DNA of 64,000 nucleotides from Candidatus Woesearchaeota archaeon (GTDB taxonomy: Archaea; Nanobdellota; Nanobdellia; SCGC-AAA011-G17; GW2011-AR20), in contig CAYHTT010000001.1 of the NCBI GenBank assembly GCA_964359725.1, forward strand, positions 14,618 through 78,617, read 5' to 3'. The translations under genes and the position numbers were made by a program. The notes beneath the pieces were generated by a model that had not been told where the DNA came from, ran no database searches, and saw only the letters and a program-made list of their open reading frames with translations. This document shows, piece after piece, positions 48,789 through 59,159 of the stretch (position 1 is its first letter; every line of letters starts with the position of its first letter).

Positions 48789-48846
48789 TTTCTAACAAAA
48801 ACTTTTTAAACATATAAATCTTTTTAATTTTTGTAAAGGAGTTAAA

Positions 48847-49692
48847 ATGTGGAATCAAATTAAAACTGTATTATTGCTTGGAATCTTAACAGCTTTATTA
48901 TTATTTATAGGAAGCTTTTTTGGTCCAACTGGTTTAACCATTGCACTTGTAGTAGTTGTATTAATGAATTCTATAATGTATTTTTTCTCAGATAAAATTG
49001 CCTTAATGATGTATCGTGCTCATGAGATAAAGAAGAATGAATACCTTTATTTTCATTCCATAATTGATGAGTTATGCAAAGAAAATAAGATGAAAAAACC
49101 CAGACTTTACGTAATTCCAAGTGAGCAAAGTAACGCGTTCGCGACCGGTAGAAATGAGAAAAATGCGGCAGTTGCATGTACCAAAGGTATTTTAAAACTA
49201 TTAACAAAAGAAGAATTAAAAGGAGTATTAGCGCACGAGCTTTCTCATATAAAAAATAAAGATATTTTAATAACTACAATAGCAGCAACCATAGCTGGGA
49301 TTATTTCATATTTAGCTTTTATGGCAAGATTTGCAGCTATTTTTGGTGGTATGGGGAGAAACAGAGAAGGTGGTGGTAACATATTAGGATTACTCGTATT
49401 AGCAATTCTTACACCAATAATTGCTTTAATAATTCAATTAGCAATTTCAAGAAGTCGTGAGTATTTAGCAGATGAAACAGGAGCAAGATTAGTTAAAGAT
49501 GGTAAGCCATTAGCAAGAGCATTAGAAAAAATACATCACTCAGTTAAACAGCATCCTTTAACTTTTGGCTCACAGTCAGGATCTAGTTTATTTATAGCAA
49601 ATCCTTTTAAATCAGATTTTTTCACTAATATTCTATCTACCCACCCTTCATTATCAAGTCGCTTGGAAAGACTTGCTAAAATGAAGTTTTAA
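48847..49692 (+). CDS. htpX: HtpX-like M48 zinc metalloprotease
   Basis: Two N-terminal TM helices, HExxH (HELSHIKN), a further TM pair, and the third Zn ligand in EYLADETG. AAGGAG SD lies upstream. Confidence 0.8.
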   Translation: MWNQIKTVLLLGILTALLLFIGSFFGPTGLTIALVVVVLMNSIMYFFSDKIALMMYRAHEIKKNEYLYFHSIIDELCKENKMKKPRLYVIPSEQSNAFATGRNEKNAAVACTKGILKLLTKEELKGVLAHELSHIKNKDILITTIAATIAGIISYLAFMARFAAIFGGMGRNREGGGNILGLLVLAILTPIIALIIQLAISRSREYLADETGARLVKDGKPLARALEKIHHSVKQHPLTFGSQSGSSLFIANPFKSDFFTNILSTHPSLSSRLERLAKMKF

Positions 49693-49976
49693 TCAATAAC
49701 TTCTAATTTACCAAATCTGCCAGCTGTCAATTGCTTCTCACCTTGAAACTCACCACAATAACCATTAGTTATTCTAACCTTACTGCCAATCTTAACTACA
49801 TCAATTTCATTATTCCACAAAGTTAATTTTATCTCTCCAGAATCATCTTTTGCAGTAGCTGTGGCAACTCTCCCAGTATTTCCAAATTTATTAAATTCTC
49901 TTATTTCACTTATATCTATGATTTCTAATGTAATATCTATTTTACCTTGTTTTAGAGTAATATCTTTTACTTGCAT
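49689..49976 (-). CDS. Single OB-fold ssDNA-binding protein (RPA/SSB-like)
   Basis: 95 aa with an all-beta pattern typical of RPA OB folds (GRVATATAKDDSGEIKLTLWNNEIDVVKIGSKVRITNGY). Confidence 0.5.
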   Translation of the reverse strand: MQVKDITLKQGKIDITLEIIDISEIREFNKFGNTGRVATATAKDDSGEIKLTLWNNEIDVVKIGSKVRITNGYCGEFQGEKQLTAGRFGKLEVID

Positions 49977-50007
49977 GAGATTAAAATTTATATTCGCTTT
50001 ATAAGTT

Positions 50008-51147
50008 TTATGCTACTAAATAATTTATTTCCTCTTTACTTAAATCTAAACTTTTAATAACATCTTTATTTTTTAAAAATTGTTTCATATAAGGCAATTC
50101 TTTTAAAAATTTATATTTTGACATATGCAATTTAGAAACTAATTTCTCGGCCATATTAATTTTTTTCTTTTTCTTTGCATTATAAATCCACATTTTTAAT
50201 AATCTCGAATTTCTTTTATAATTTACAAAAGAATTATTCGCTTGATTTTTAACTAAAGCAATTCCTAAACTCATGAATAATTTTTGATAAACTAAAAATC
50301 TAAAGTATTGTTGTCTTAAAATTCTTTTTCTGTATACATCAGCTTTAGATAATGAACTATAAGCCCTTGCTAAATCATTACCATAATATTCTTTTGGCAA
50401 ATTTTCCTCAAGCCATAAAAAAATTTCATCAAAATTCTCGTTTAAACTATCCACACTATTTAAAATTAAATTAATATCTTTTGTTTTAAAAATATTTTTT
50501 AAAGCATAGAATATTGTTTGATTTCTTTCTCTTAAATCAATATTTTTATCATTTATCATTAATAATGCTAAATCGTTTATTGCAGATCTGGCATCTCCAG
50601 AAGATTTTAAAGCAAGATCTTTTAGTAAATTATCATTAACATTTATTTTCTCTTTTTTACAAATATCTTTTAAAATACTATAAATTATTAAATTGCTTAA
50701 TGTATTAAATTCAATTAATTTACATTTTCTTCTTAATGAAGAGAACTTAGAGTTCCAAGGATTATTCGCTATTAAAACAATTGGGAAATTGACGTTTTCA
50801 AATAATTTTAATAATTCTTGTAACCCACCTCTATCACTCGCGTTAATTCCATCTAATTCATCAATTAAAATTATCTTATTTTTTCCAAATAAACTTTTTT
50901 GTTCTAAATTATTCTTAACTATACTCTGAATTTGTTCTTTATTTCTTAAATCACTAGCATTAACCTCAAGAATTTCATAATTTAATTCATTGGCTATTGT
51001 ATAAACACTAGCTGTTTTGCCAATACCAACTTTTCCATAAATTAATACAGGTTTGTTATTAATAATAGATTTCTTTAATTCTTCTAATTGTTTATCTTGG
51101 CCTTTAAGGTCCTTTATCTTTTTTGGTTTATATTTATTGATTAACAT
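50008..51147 (-). CDS. rfcL: Replication factor C large subunit
   Basis: KYKPKKIKDL N-terminus, Walker A GKVGIGKTA, Walker B ILIDELD, sensor regions, and a helical C-terminus. Confidence 0.8.
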   Translation of the reverse strand: MLINKYKPKKIKDLKGQDKQLEELKKSIINNKPVLIYGKVGIGKTASVYTIANELNYEILEVNASDLRNKEQIQSIVKNNLEQKSLFGKNKIILIDELDGINASDRGGLQELLKLFENVNFPIVLIANNPWNSKFSSLRRKCKLIEFNTLSNLIIYSILKDICKKEKINVNDNLLKDLALKSSGDARSAINDLALLMINDKNIDLRERNQTIFYALKNIFKTKDINLILNSVDSLNENFDEIFLWLEENLPKEYYGNDLARAYSSLSKADVYRKRILRQQYFRFLVYQKLFMSLGIALVKNQANNSFVNYKRNSRLLKMWIYNAKKKKKINMAEKLVSKLHMSKYKFLKELPYMKQFLKNKDVIKSLDLSKEEINYLVA

Positions 51148-51148
51148 T

Positions 51149-51481
51149 TTATTTTAAATATCTTTTAAGAAGTTTCATAAGAGCCTCGAACTCCTCTAAT
51201 GATTTAATTTTCATATTAATATAATATCCTCCTCCCATTACACCAATATTAGCAGATTTTCTCATACTAAAAGCAAGATCTAATTTATTTCTTACCTTAT
51301 CCCACAAAAAAGATTCATCCCCTGTTGTTTCACTATCCTCATCTATAATTCTTAATAATTTATTATAATCTTTCTTTAATTTCATATATTCATCATACCT
51401 GTTTTTATCTAACGCTCTTTTTAATTTTTCAAGCAGAGAATAAGCCATTTTCTTTACATTCATTATTTCTTCTTTAGTCAT
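51149..51481 (-). CDS. Hypothetical helical protein embedded in the rfc operon
   Basis: 110 aa. It is flanked by rfcS (4-nt overlap) and rfcL (1-nt gap) on the same strand. Confidence 0.35.
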   Translation of the reverse strand: MTKEEIMNVKKMAYSLLEKLKRALDKNRYDEYMKLKKDYNKLLRIIDEDSETTGDESFLWDKVRNKLDLAFSMRKSANIGVMGGGYYINMKIKSLEEFEALMKLLKRYLK

Positions 51482-52422
51482 TTTTTACTCATATATGCTA
51501 ATAACGCACCAAGCTGTATAAATTCATCACTACCTTCAACCAATCTAAATTCTACTTCACCACATTTATCTATTAACTCTAATTTTTTATTATCATCTAT
51601 TTTTAAATTTAAAATTTCTTTTTGTATTTGTTTTATTATATCTAATCCGCTTAATCCATTTTTTAACATAACATCAATTAATTTATCTCTTGATTCAATA
51701 AATTTACCTTTAATAGCTAACTCCAAAACATCTTTAATTTCTTTAGGTTCAATACTCCCAACAACATCATAAATTGTTTTTTCAATTATATTATTACCAA
51801 TACTAGCACAACTTTGTAATATATTTTCAACCCTTCTTACATCACCCTCACTTATGTTATATAGTAAATCAGCTACACTATCAGAAATTTTTAATTTCTC
51901 TTCTTTTGCAATTCTATTAACTATTTTCTTAATATCATTTTTCTCTAATGGCTTAAATCTAAATATTGTACATCTGCTTTGTATTGGCTCAATTACCTTA
52001 CTTGAGAAATTACAACTTAAACAAAATCTTGTATTTTCTGCAAAATTCTCCATTGTTCTACGTAAAGCTTGTTGCGCTTCTCTCGTTAATGAATCACACT
52101 CATCTAAATAAATTATCTTAAAAGGAACATCTCCTATAGATTTAGTTCTAGCAAAATCCTTTATCACCCCCCTTATAGTATCTATGCCACGTTCATCAGA
52201 AGCATTTAGCTCGAGAAAATTTTGTCTCCATTTTTCTCCATAAAGTTCTTTAGCAACAATTAATATTAAAGAAGTCTTACCTGTACCTGGAGGACCAGAG
52301 AATAATAAATGAGGCAAGTTTTTTTGCTTTACCATAGCTTTAATTCTTTCAACAATAATATCTTGCCCAACTAATTCATCAAAGATTTTTGGACGATATT
52401 TTTCAATAAAAATTTCATTCAT
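51478..52422 (-). CDS. rfcS: Replication factor C small subunit
   Basis: KYRPK, GPPGTGKTS, DECD, SRC motif (IQSRCTIFRF). It is 314 aa and intein-free. Confidence 0.85.
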   Translation of the reverse strand: MNEIFIEKYRPKIFDELVGQDIIVERIKAMVKQKNLPHLLFSGPPGTGKTSLILIVAKELYGEKWRQNFLELNASDERGIDTIRGVIKDFARTKSIGDVPFKIIYLDECDSLTREAQQALRRTMENFAENTRFCLSCNFSSKVIEPIQSRCTIFRFKPLEKNDIKKIVNRIAKEEKLKISDSVADLLYNISEGDVRRVENILQSCASIGNNIIEKTIYDVVGSIEPKEIKDVLELAIKGKFIESRDKLIDVMLKNGLSGLDIIKQIQKEILNLKIDDNKKLELIDKCGEVEFRLVEGSDEFIQLGALLAYMSKK

Positions 52423-52501
52423 GTAACTAATTAAATCTATAATCTTTATAAAAGTTATGTAAAAATAAAAAAGAAATAGCTATCTAAGATAATAATTAAC
52501 T

Positions 52502-52834
52502 TTATTCTTCACCAAATGATTCAGAATCCTCTACTTCTTCATCACTTTCTTCAGCTTCGGGCATTTCTTCTGATTCTTTACTTTCTTTTACCTTTTCGCT
52601 ACCAGCACCAACTATTTCTCCAAAGCCTACTTTTCTTAATACCTTAGTTATTTTTATTTTAACGTTTTCCCCTTGTTTTGCATTTGGTACAAAGATGACA
52701 AAGCCCTTTATTTTTGCTATCCCATCACCCTTTTCACCAACTGCCTCTATCTTTACTTCAATTTCATCTCCGACATTTACAGGAGCAAAGCTACCTCTGT
52801 CCTGATGACCTCGAAATTTTCTATCTCTATACAT
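52502..52834 (-). CDS. TRAM-domain protein with acidic C-terminal tail
   Basis: VNVGDEIEVKIEAVGEKGDGIAKIKGFVIFVPNAKQGENVKIKITKV is a TRAM beta-barrel pattern. The tail is SEEMPEAEESDEEVEDSE. Confidence 0.6.
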   Translation of the reverse strand: MYRDRKFRGHQDRGSFAPVNVGDEIEVKIEAVGEKGDGIAKIKGFVIFVPNAKQGENVKIKITKVLRKVGFGEIVGAGSEKVKESKESEEMPEAEESDEEVEDSESFGEE

Positions 52835-52933
52835 ATTTTTTACACTCCTTAAGTTTATTCAATTACTAAAACTACCTTAAAAGTAGCCTTAATAACTGTA
52901 ATTTTAATTATTAAAATTAAGATTTATAAAACT

Positions 52934-55774
52934 TTGCTTTTAAAGCTAGAAAAATATTTAAACTATGTTAATAAATGTTGTAAGATGTATAACTTTAAAA
53001 ATGTTGAAGAAGAAGTAACTAATCTTTGGAATAAACAAAGTAAAGAAATTAAAGCTTCATTGCAATATGATTCCAAGAAAAAGCTTTATTCTTTCTTAGA
53101 AGGACCACCCACTGCAAATGCTCCTCCCGGATTACATCATGTAGAAATGCGCGTTTTCAAAGATTTATTTTGCAGGTTTAAATATATGCAAGGTTTTACT
53201 GTACCGAGAAAAGGTGGTTGGGATTGTCATGGATTACCAGTAGAAGTCCAAGTTGAAAAATCTTTAAAATTAAATTCAAAAAAAGATATCTTGCGTTATG
53301 GCATAGCAAAATTTAACAAAAAATGTCATGATTCTGTTTTTTCCTATATTCAAGATTGGAGTAAATTAACTGAGAAAATGGCTTTTTGGATTGATTTAGA
53401 AAAACCTTATGTTACTCTAGATAATAATTATATAGAAAGTGTTTGGTGGTCTTTAAAAGAATTATATAATAAAAAAATGTTGTATGAAGGCCATAAAGTT
53501 GTTCCTTTTTGCCCTAGATGTGAAACTCCATTAAGTAGCCATGAAGTTGCCCTTGGTTATAAAGATGTTACCGAACCAACGATTACTGTAAAATTTAAAT
53601 TAAAAAATAAAAATCAGTATTTACTAGCGTGGACAACTACACCATGGACTTTGCCTAGTAATTTAGCTTTAGCAATAAATCCAAAAATAGATTATGCTGT
53701 TGTTAAACAAGATAATAGTGAGTATATTCTAGCTAGTGATTTGGTTAAAAAATATTTTGAAAATGCTAAGATAATCAAAAAAATAAAAGGCAAAGAATTA
53801 CTTAATTTAAAATACGAACCAATATTCCCATATTTTAAGAATTTAAAAAATTCATTTAAAATTATTGCAGGCAAGTTTGTTTCTACAGAAGAGGGTACTG
53901 GAATTGTGCATATGGCCCCTGCATTTGGTGAAGATGATTATGAAGCTTGCAAGTTAAACAAAATTGATTTTGTACAACCAATAGATGAAACAGGCCATTT
54001 TACTAGTGAAGTTAAAGATTTTAGAGGAATGTTTGTTAAAGATGCAGATCCAAAAATAATTGATTACTTAGAAAAAAAAGAAATTTTATTTAGCAAAGAA
54101 TCTTATACACATAGTTATCCATTTTGTTGGAGATGCGAGACCCCATTAATTTATTATGCAATGAAATCATGGTTTATTAAAGTTAGTTCATTTCGTGATC
54201 AATTATTAAAAAATAATGCTAAAATAAATTGGATTCCTAAACATATTAAAGAGGGGAGATTTGGAAATTGGTTAGAGGGAGCAAAAGATTGGGCATTATC
54301 AAGGAAAAAATTCTGGGGAACACCTTTGCCGATATGGCGTTGTAACAAATGCAAAAATGAAATTATTATTGGAAGTATAAAAGAATTAAAAGAAAAATCT
54401 GGAATTAAAAAAGATATTGATTTACATAAACCAGAGATTGATAACGTAAAAATAAAATGTAATAAATGTAAAGCTTTTATGACTAGAGTACAAGATGTTA
54501 TTGATTGTTGGTATGATTCTGGTGCAGCAACATTCGCCCAATTTCACTATCCCTTTGAGAATAAAGAAATTTTTGCGAAAGGTTTTCCTTATGACTTTAT
54601 AGCAGAAGCAATTGATCAAACTCGAGGTTGGTTTTATACATTACATGTTCTTGGTACTTTATTATTTAGCAGGAATGCTTATAAAAATGTAGTTTGTGCT
54701 GGATTGCTTTTAGATGAAAAAGGAGAGAAAATGAGTAAGAGTAAAGGTAATGTTATTGATCCTTGGTACATGTTTAATACTGTTGGTGTAGATGCCACTA
54801 GATTACAATTTTGTATTACTGAAGTAGGGGATGATAAAAGATTTAGTGTAAATTTAGTTAATCAGCAAGTAATGCCATTCTTAACTATTCTATGGAATTC
54901 ATATCAATATTCTAAATTATTAAAATCTACAAATAAGCCAAATTTACAATTAGAGGATAAATGGATTTTATCTCGGGTTAATACATTAATTAATGATGTT
55001 ACACAAGAATTAGAAAAACATAATTATAATAAGTGTCTTGCAAATTTTATAAATTTTGTAAATGAAGATCTATCTCGTACTTATATTAAATTAATTCGTG
55101 AGAGAGCAGATAATAATGATACTACATTATGTTATGTATTTAATTACATTTTTAATAGATTAGCAAAATTATTAGCACCATTTGCCCCATATATTTCTGA
55201 TTACTTGTATCAGAATATTGAGAAAAAAAGTGTTCATTTAGCGGAATGGCCTTTAGCAGATAGACATATGATAAAAAAAGATCTTGAAGATTATATGTTA
55301 CATGCTAAAAATGTCATACAAAAAATTCTTAGCGAGAGAGCAAATAAACAGATTGGGGTAAGATGGCCTTTAGCAGAGATTACAATATTAACTAAAGATG
55401 ACATTATATTTAAATCTATAAAAAATTTAGAAATTTTAGTGAAAAAACAAGTTAATTGTAAAAAATTAATTGTTAAGAAACAAGATACCGAGCAAGAATT
55501 TGAGGTTATATTAAATACAAAATTAACACCAGCTTTAGAGAAAGAAGGATTTACTCGTGAAGTAATTAGAAGAATACAAGATTTAAGAAAGAAAGCTAAA
55601 TTAAATAAGCAAGATAAAATTGAATTATATTTATTAAGTAAAATCGATTTAGATTTAGAATTAATTAAAAAAATAACTAATGCAAAATTAGTAAAAAATT
55701 TAACTCATGCTAAATATTCTGATAAATTTAAAATAAAAGATAAAGAATTTTTAGTTTGGTTTAATAAAATTTAA
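52934..55774 (+). CDS. ileS: Isoleucyl-tRNA synthetase (compact, 946 aa)
   Basis: GWDCHGLPVE, WTTTPWTLPSNLALAINP (the editing/CP1 junction typical of IleRS) and KMSKSKGN. The HIGH region reads PPGLHHVEM and appears degenerate. Confidence 0.75.
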   Translation: MLLKLEKYLNYVNKCCKMYNFKNVEEEVTNLWNKQSKEIKASLQYDSKKKLYSFLEGPPTANAPPGLHHVEMRVFKDLFCRFKYMQGFTVPRKGGWDCHGLPVEVQVEKSLKLNSKKDILRYGIAKFNKKCHDSVFSYIQDWSKLTEKMAFWIDLEKPYVTLDNNYIESVWWSLKELYNKKMLYEGHKVVPFCPRCETPLSSHEVALGYKDVTEPTITVKFKLKNKNQYLLAWTTTPWTLPSNLALAINPKIDYAVVKQDNSEYILASDLVKKYFENAKIIKKIKGKELLNLKYEPIFPYFKNLKNSFKIIAGKFVSTEEGTGIVHMAPAFGEDDYEACKLNKIDFVQPIDETGHFTSEVKDFRGMFVKDADPKIIDYLEKKEILFSKESYTHSYPFCWRCETPLIYYAMKSWFIKVSSFRDQLLKNNAKINWIPKHIKEGRFGNWLEGAKDWALSRKKFWGTPLPIWRCNKCKNEIIIGSIKELKEKSGIKKDIDLHKPEIDNVKIKCNKCKAFMTRVQDVIDCWYDSGAATFAQFHYPFENKEIFAKGFPYDFIAEAIDQTRGWFYTLHVLGTLLFSRNAYKNVVCAGLLLDEKGEKMSKSKGNVIDPWYMFNTVGVDATRLQFCITEVGDDKRFSVNLVNQQVMPFLTILWNSYQYSKLLKSTNKPNLQLEDKWILSRVNTLINDVTQELEKHNYNKCLANFINFVNEDLSRTYIKLIRERADNNDTTLCYVFNYIFNRLAKLLAPFAPYISDYLYQNIEKKSVHLAEWPLADRHMIKKDLEDYMLHAKNVIQKILSERANKQIGVRWPLAEITILTKDDIIFKSIKNLEILVKKQVNCKKLIVKKQDTEQEFEVILNTKLTPALEKEGFTREVIRRIQDLRKKAKLNKQDKIELYLLSKIDLDLELIKKITNAKLVKNLTHAKYSDKFKIKDKEFLVWFNKI

Positions 55775-55870
55775 TTACTTATAAATAATCACACTTCCTT
55801 TATAAATAACCTTTATATAGTTTGCTATTCCTTTATAAATAAAATTTTAAAAAAAGAAGGGGGTTAAATA

Positions 55871-56425
55871 ATGGCTAAAAGCAGATCTAAAATAAAAATA
55901 CAAAATATTGTTGTTTCTACTTCTTTAGAACATGATATACCATTAATAAAACTTGCTGAGGTTCTACCAAACACAGAATATAATCCTGAGCAATTTCCAG
56001 GTTTGGTAATGCGTATTAAAAATCCAAAAACTTCTGCATTAATTTTTAGTTCTGGAAAAGTTGTTTGTACTGGTGCAAAGTCAATAACAAAAGTAAAAGA
56101 GTCTTTGAGTAAGATAATAGAAAATTTACGCAAGATTAGAATTAAAATAAAAGTTAAACCAAAAATAAATGTACAAAATATGGTTGCCTCTGGCACAATA
56201 AATATGGATTTAAATTTAAATTCTTTAGCAATGAAGTTAGAGAATACAGAATACGAGCCAGAACAATTTCCAGGATTAGTTTATAAGCTACCTGGAACAA
56301 GAGCAACGTTTTTATTGTTTAGTAATGGAAAAATTGTATGCACTGGAACAAGATCAGAAGTTAAATTAAGAGAGGCTGTTGCAAAATTAGTTAGTAATTT
56401 AAGAAAAATAAATAAGCTAAAATGA
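55871..56425 (+). CDS. tbp: TATA-box binding protein
   Basis: Two imperfect repeats (IQNIVVSTSLEH...EQFPGLVMRI / VQNMVASGTINMDL...EQFPGLVYKL). GAAGGGGG SD-like lies upstream. Confidence 0.85.
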   Translation: MAKSRSKIKIQNIVVSTSLEHDIPLIKLAEVLPNTEYNPEQFPGLVMRIKNPKTSALIFSSGKVVCTGAKSITKVKESLSKIIENLRKIRIKIKVKPKINVQNMVASGTINMDLNLNSLAMKLENTEYEPEQFPGLVYKLPGTRATFLLFSNGKIVCTGTRSEVKLREAVAKLVSNLRKINKLK

Positions 56426-58446
56426 GGCTAGATGCTACCGAACAAATAGAACGCTTTAAGGAGTTTATCCAAGCTACTTATGAAGATTATTTACATAATT
56501 TAGTAGCTCATGGTGTAAATGTCCTTAAAGTTGATTTTACAGAGTTAGCAAAATTTGATTTAGAATTAGCAGATGAATTACTCGAGAATCCTGAAGATAC
56601 GATAAGAGCAGCAGAATTAGCAATAGATAGCATGGAATTAATCTCGAAAGGATTTAGAGTTCGTTTATTTAATTTACCAAAAGACCAATTTATTTTTATT
56701 CGTGATATTAGGAGTACTCATTTAAATAAATTAATGTATACAGAAGGTATAGTAAGACAAAGTTCAAGTGTAAGACCAAAAGTAACTTCTGCTAAATTTG
56801 AATGCCCTGCTTGTGGCAACACAATCACAATGTTACAGATAGATACAAAATTTCGCGAGCCAACTAGATGCTCTTGCGGAAGACGCGGTTCTTTTAGATT
56901 GATAGGAAAAGATTTAGTTGATGCTCAACGTTTAGTTATAGAAGAAGTTCCAGAATCATTGGAAAGTGGAGCTCAATCAAAACGATTAACTGTATTTTTA
57001 AATGAAGATTTAGTTGAACCAAAGATGGAAAAACATACTACGCCAGGAAGTAAAATCTTAGTTGTTGGCATAATAAAAGAAGTTCCAATTATTCTTAGAA
57101 CTGGGGCTCAATCCACAACATATGACTTGATGATGGATTCTAATAATGTTCAAGCTATAGAAAAAACATACTGGGAAGTTGAACTTAATGAGGAAGATGA
57201 AAAAGAAATAAAAAAAGTGGCAAAAGACCCAAGAGTTTATGAAAAATTAATTAGTTGTATTGCACCAAGTATATATGGCCATGAAAAAGTAAAAGAAGCA
57301 TTGTTATTGCAATTAATGGGTGGGATAAAAAAAGTGAAAGAAGATGGTACAGTAACAAGAGGAGATATGCACGTGTTGCTAGTTGGGGACCCTGGAGCGG
57401 GAAAAAGTCAAATGTTAACATTTATTTCAAAAATAGCACCTAAAGCAAGACTTGTTTCTGGGAAAGGTTCAACGGGTGCTGGCTTAACTGCTACTGTAGT
57501 TAAAGATGAATTTTTACGAGGCTGGGCATTAGAAGCTGGAGCCTTAGTTTTAGCAAATGGTGGAACAGCTGTTATAGATGAGTTAGATAAAATGTCTAGC
57601 GAAGATAGAGATGCTTTGCATGAAGCATTAGAGCAACAAAGAATTTCAATAGCAAAGGCAAATATTCAGGCAACATTGAAAGCCGAGACAACAGTTTTAG
57701 CAGCTGCGAATCCTAAATTAGGAAGATTTGATCCATACACTTTAATAGCAGCTCAAATTGACTTACCCCCAACTTTAATTAACAGATTTGATTTAATATT
57801 TCCAATACGCGATATCCCCAATAGAGAATTAGATAGCAAGATAGCGGGTCATGTACTCACCTTACAACAAAGACCAGAAGAACTTAAAACAGAAATACCT
57901 TTGGAATTAATAAAAAAATATATCTCTTATGCTAAGCAAAAAGTCTATCCTAAATTAACAGATGAAGCTTTAGATGAAATAAAAAATTTCTATGTTAATT
58001 TACGTAACAGTGAGCAAAGAAGTGAGCAAGAAATTAGACCAATTCCAATTAGTGCAAGGCAATTAGAAGCTTTGGTAAGATTAGCAGAGGGTTCTGCTCG
58101 TACTAGACTTTCAAATAAAGTAACTAGAGAAGATGCAATTAGAGCAATTACCTTATTAAGACATTGTTTGATGGAAGTCGGGTTTGATAAAGAAACAGGA
58201 CAAATAGATATTGATAGAATTGCAACAGGAATTCCAACCTCGCAACGTTCTAGAATTATTATTATACGAGAGATTATTAAAAAATTAGAAGCTAAAATAG
58301 GTAAGATGATCCCAATTCAAGATATAATAAATGAAGCCTCTGTTAAAGAATTAGATCAGGCTCAAGTTGAAGAAGTGATAGAACAATTAAGAAGAGAAGG
58401 AGAAGTATTTGAACCACGTCGAGGTTTTATTAGCCCATTAAGATAA
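56422..58446 (+). CDS. mcm: MCM replicative helicase
   Basis: N-terminal Zn motif (CPACGN...CSCG), Walker A GDPGAGKSQ, Walker B IDELDKM, and arginine finger SRFDLIF. The protein is 674 aa and intein-free. Its start overlaps the tbp stop (ATGA). Confidence 0.85.
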   Translation: MRLDATEQIERFKEFIQATYEDYLHNLVAHGVNVLKVDFTELAKFDLELADELLENPEDTIRAAELAIDSMELISKGFRVRLFNLPKDQFIFIRDIRSTHLNKLMYTEGIVRQSSSVRPKVTSAKFECPACGNTITMLQIDTKFREPTRCSCGRRGSFRLIGKDLVDAQRLVIEEVPESLESGAQSKRLTVFLNEDLVEPKMEKHTTPGSKILVVGIIKEVPIILRTGAQSTTYDLMMDSNNVQAIEKTYWEVELNEEDEKEIKKVAKDPRVYEKLISCIAPSIYGHEKVKEALLLQLMGGIKKVKEDGTVTRGDMHVLLVGDPGAGKSQMLTFISKIAPKARLVSGKGSTGAGLTATVVKDEFLRGWALEAGALVLANGGTAVIDELDKMSSEDRDALHEALEQQRISIAKANIQATLKAETTVLAAANPKLGRFDPYTLIAAQIDLPPTLINRFDLIFPIRDIPNRELDSKIAGHVLTLQQRPEELKTEIPLELIKKYISYAKQKVYPKLTDEALDEIKNFYVNLRNSEQRSEQEIRPIPISARQLEALVRLAEGSARTRLSNKVTREDAIRAITLLRHCLMEVGFDKETGQIDIDRIATGIPTSQRSRIIIIREIIKKLEAKIGKMIPIQDIINEASVKELDQAQVEEVIEQLRREGEVFEPRRGFISPLR

Positions 58447-58447
58447 A

Positions 58448-59125
58448 ATGCCAATTTCTAGATTAACAGCTTACAAAATATGGATTGCTAATTTAATTAA
58501 TTCTCCTTATGTAAATAGTCCAGGTGAGTTTGAGTCTAATTATATAAGCTTTAATGGTAAAGAAATATCAAGAGTAAATATAATTGCTACTGTAGTTGAT
58601 AAATTTGTTTCGGAAGATAATAGTTATGTTACAATAATGATAGATGATAGTTCTAGCCAAATAAGACTTAAAACTTGGAGAGAAGATACCTCTTTATTAA
58701 AAAATATAAATTTAGGTGATGTAATTTTATTAATAGCTCGAGTTAAAAATTATCAAAATGAAATTTATTTGTTACCAGAAATTGTAAAAAATGTAAATCC
58801 TAATTGGGAAATTATAAGAAAATTAGAGTTACTAAAAGAATATGGTAAACCAGAATTTGAGGTAGGTAAAGTTGAAGAAATTATCACACCATCTACACAA
58901 ATTACAGAAACTCTGAAAATAGAAGAGATTAGTTTTAGTTCGACTAATTTAAGAAATGAATTATTGAATCTAATTGAGAAATATGAAGAAAAACTAGGAA
59001 TAAGTTTAGAGGAAATTAAAACAGAGTTACATTATAGTATTGGAGATATGAATAATATTCTACAAGAACTAATAAAAGAAGGTCAGATTTACCAAATAGG
59101 AGAGAAATATAGATTAATGTTATAA
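58448..59125 (+). CDS. OB-fold plus C-terminal winged-helix protein (RPA32/Stn1-like)
   Basis: Central OB-like beta pattern (RVNIIATVVDKF...YVTIMIDDSSSQIRLKTW...GDVILLIARVKNYQNEIYLL). The C-terminal wH-like segment is ILQELIKEGQIYQIGEKYRL. It lies 2 nt after mcm. Confidence 0.4.
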   Translation: MPISRLTAYKIWIANLINSPYVNSPGEFESNYISFNGKEISRVNIIATVVDKFVSEDNSYVTIMIDDSSSQIRLKTWREDTSLLKNINLGDVILLIARVKNYQNEIYLLPEIVKNVNPNWEIIRKLELLKEYGKPEFEVGKVEEIITPSTQITETLKIEEISFSSTNLRNELLNLIEKYEEKLGISLEEIKTELHYSIGDMNNILQELIKEGQIYQIGEKYRLML

Positions 59126-59159
59126 AAAGCTTTAAAAACATAATTTCTAAATCAATATT

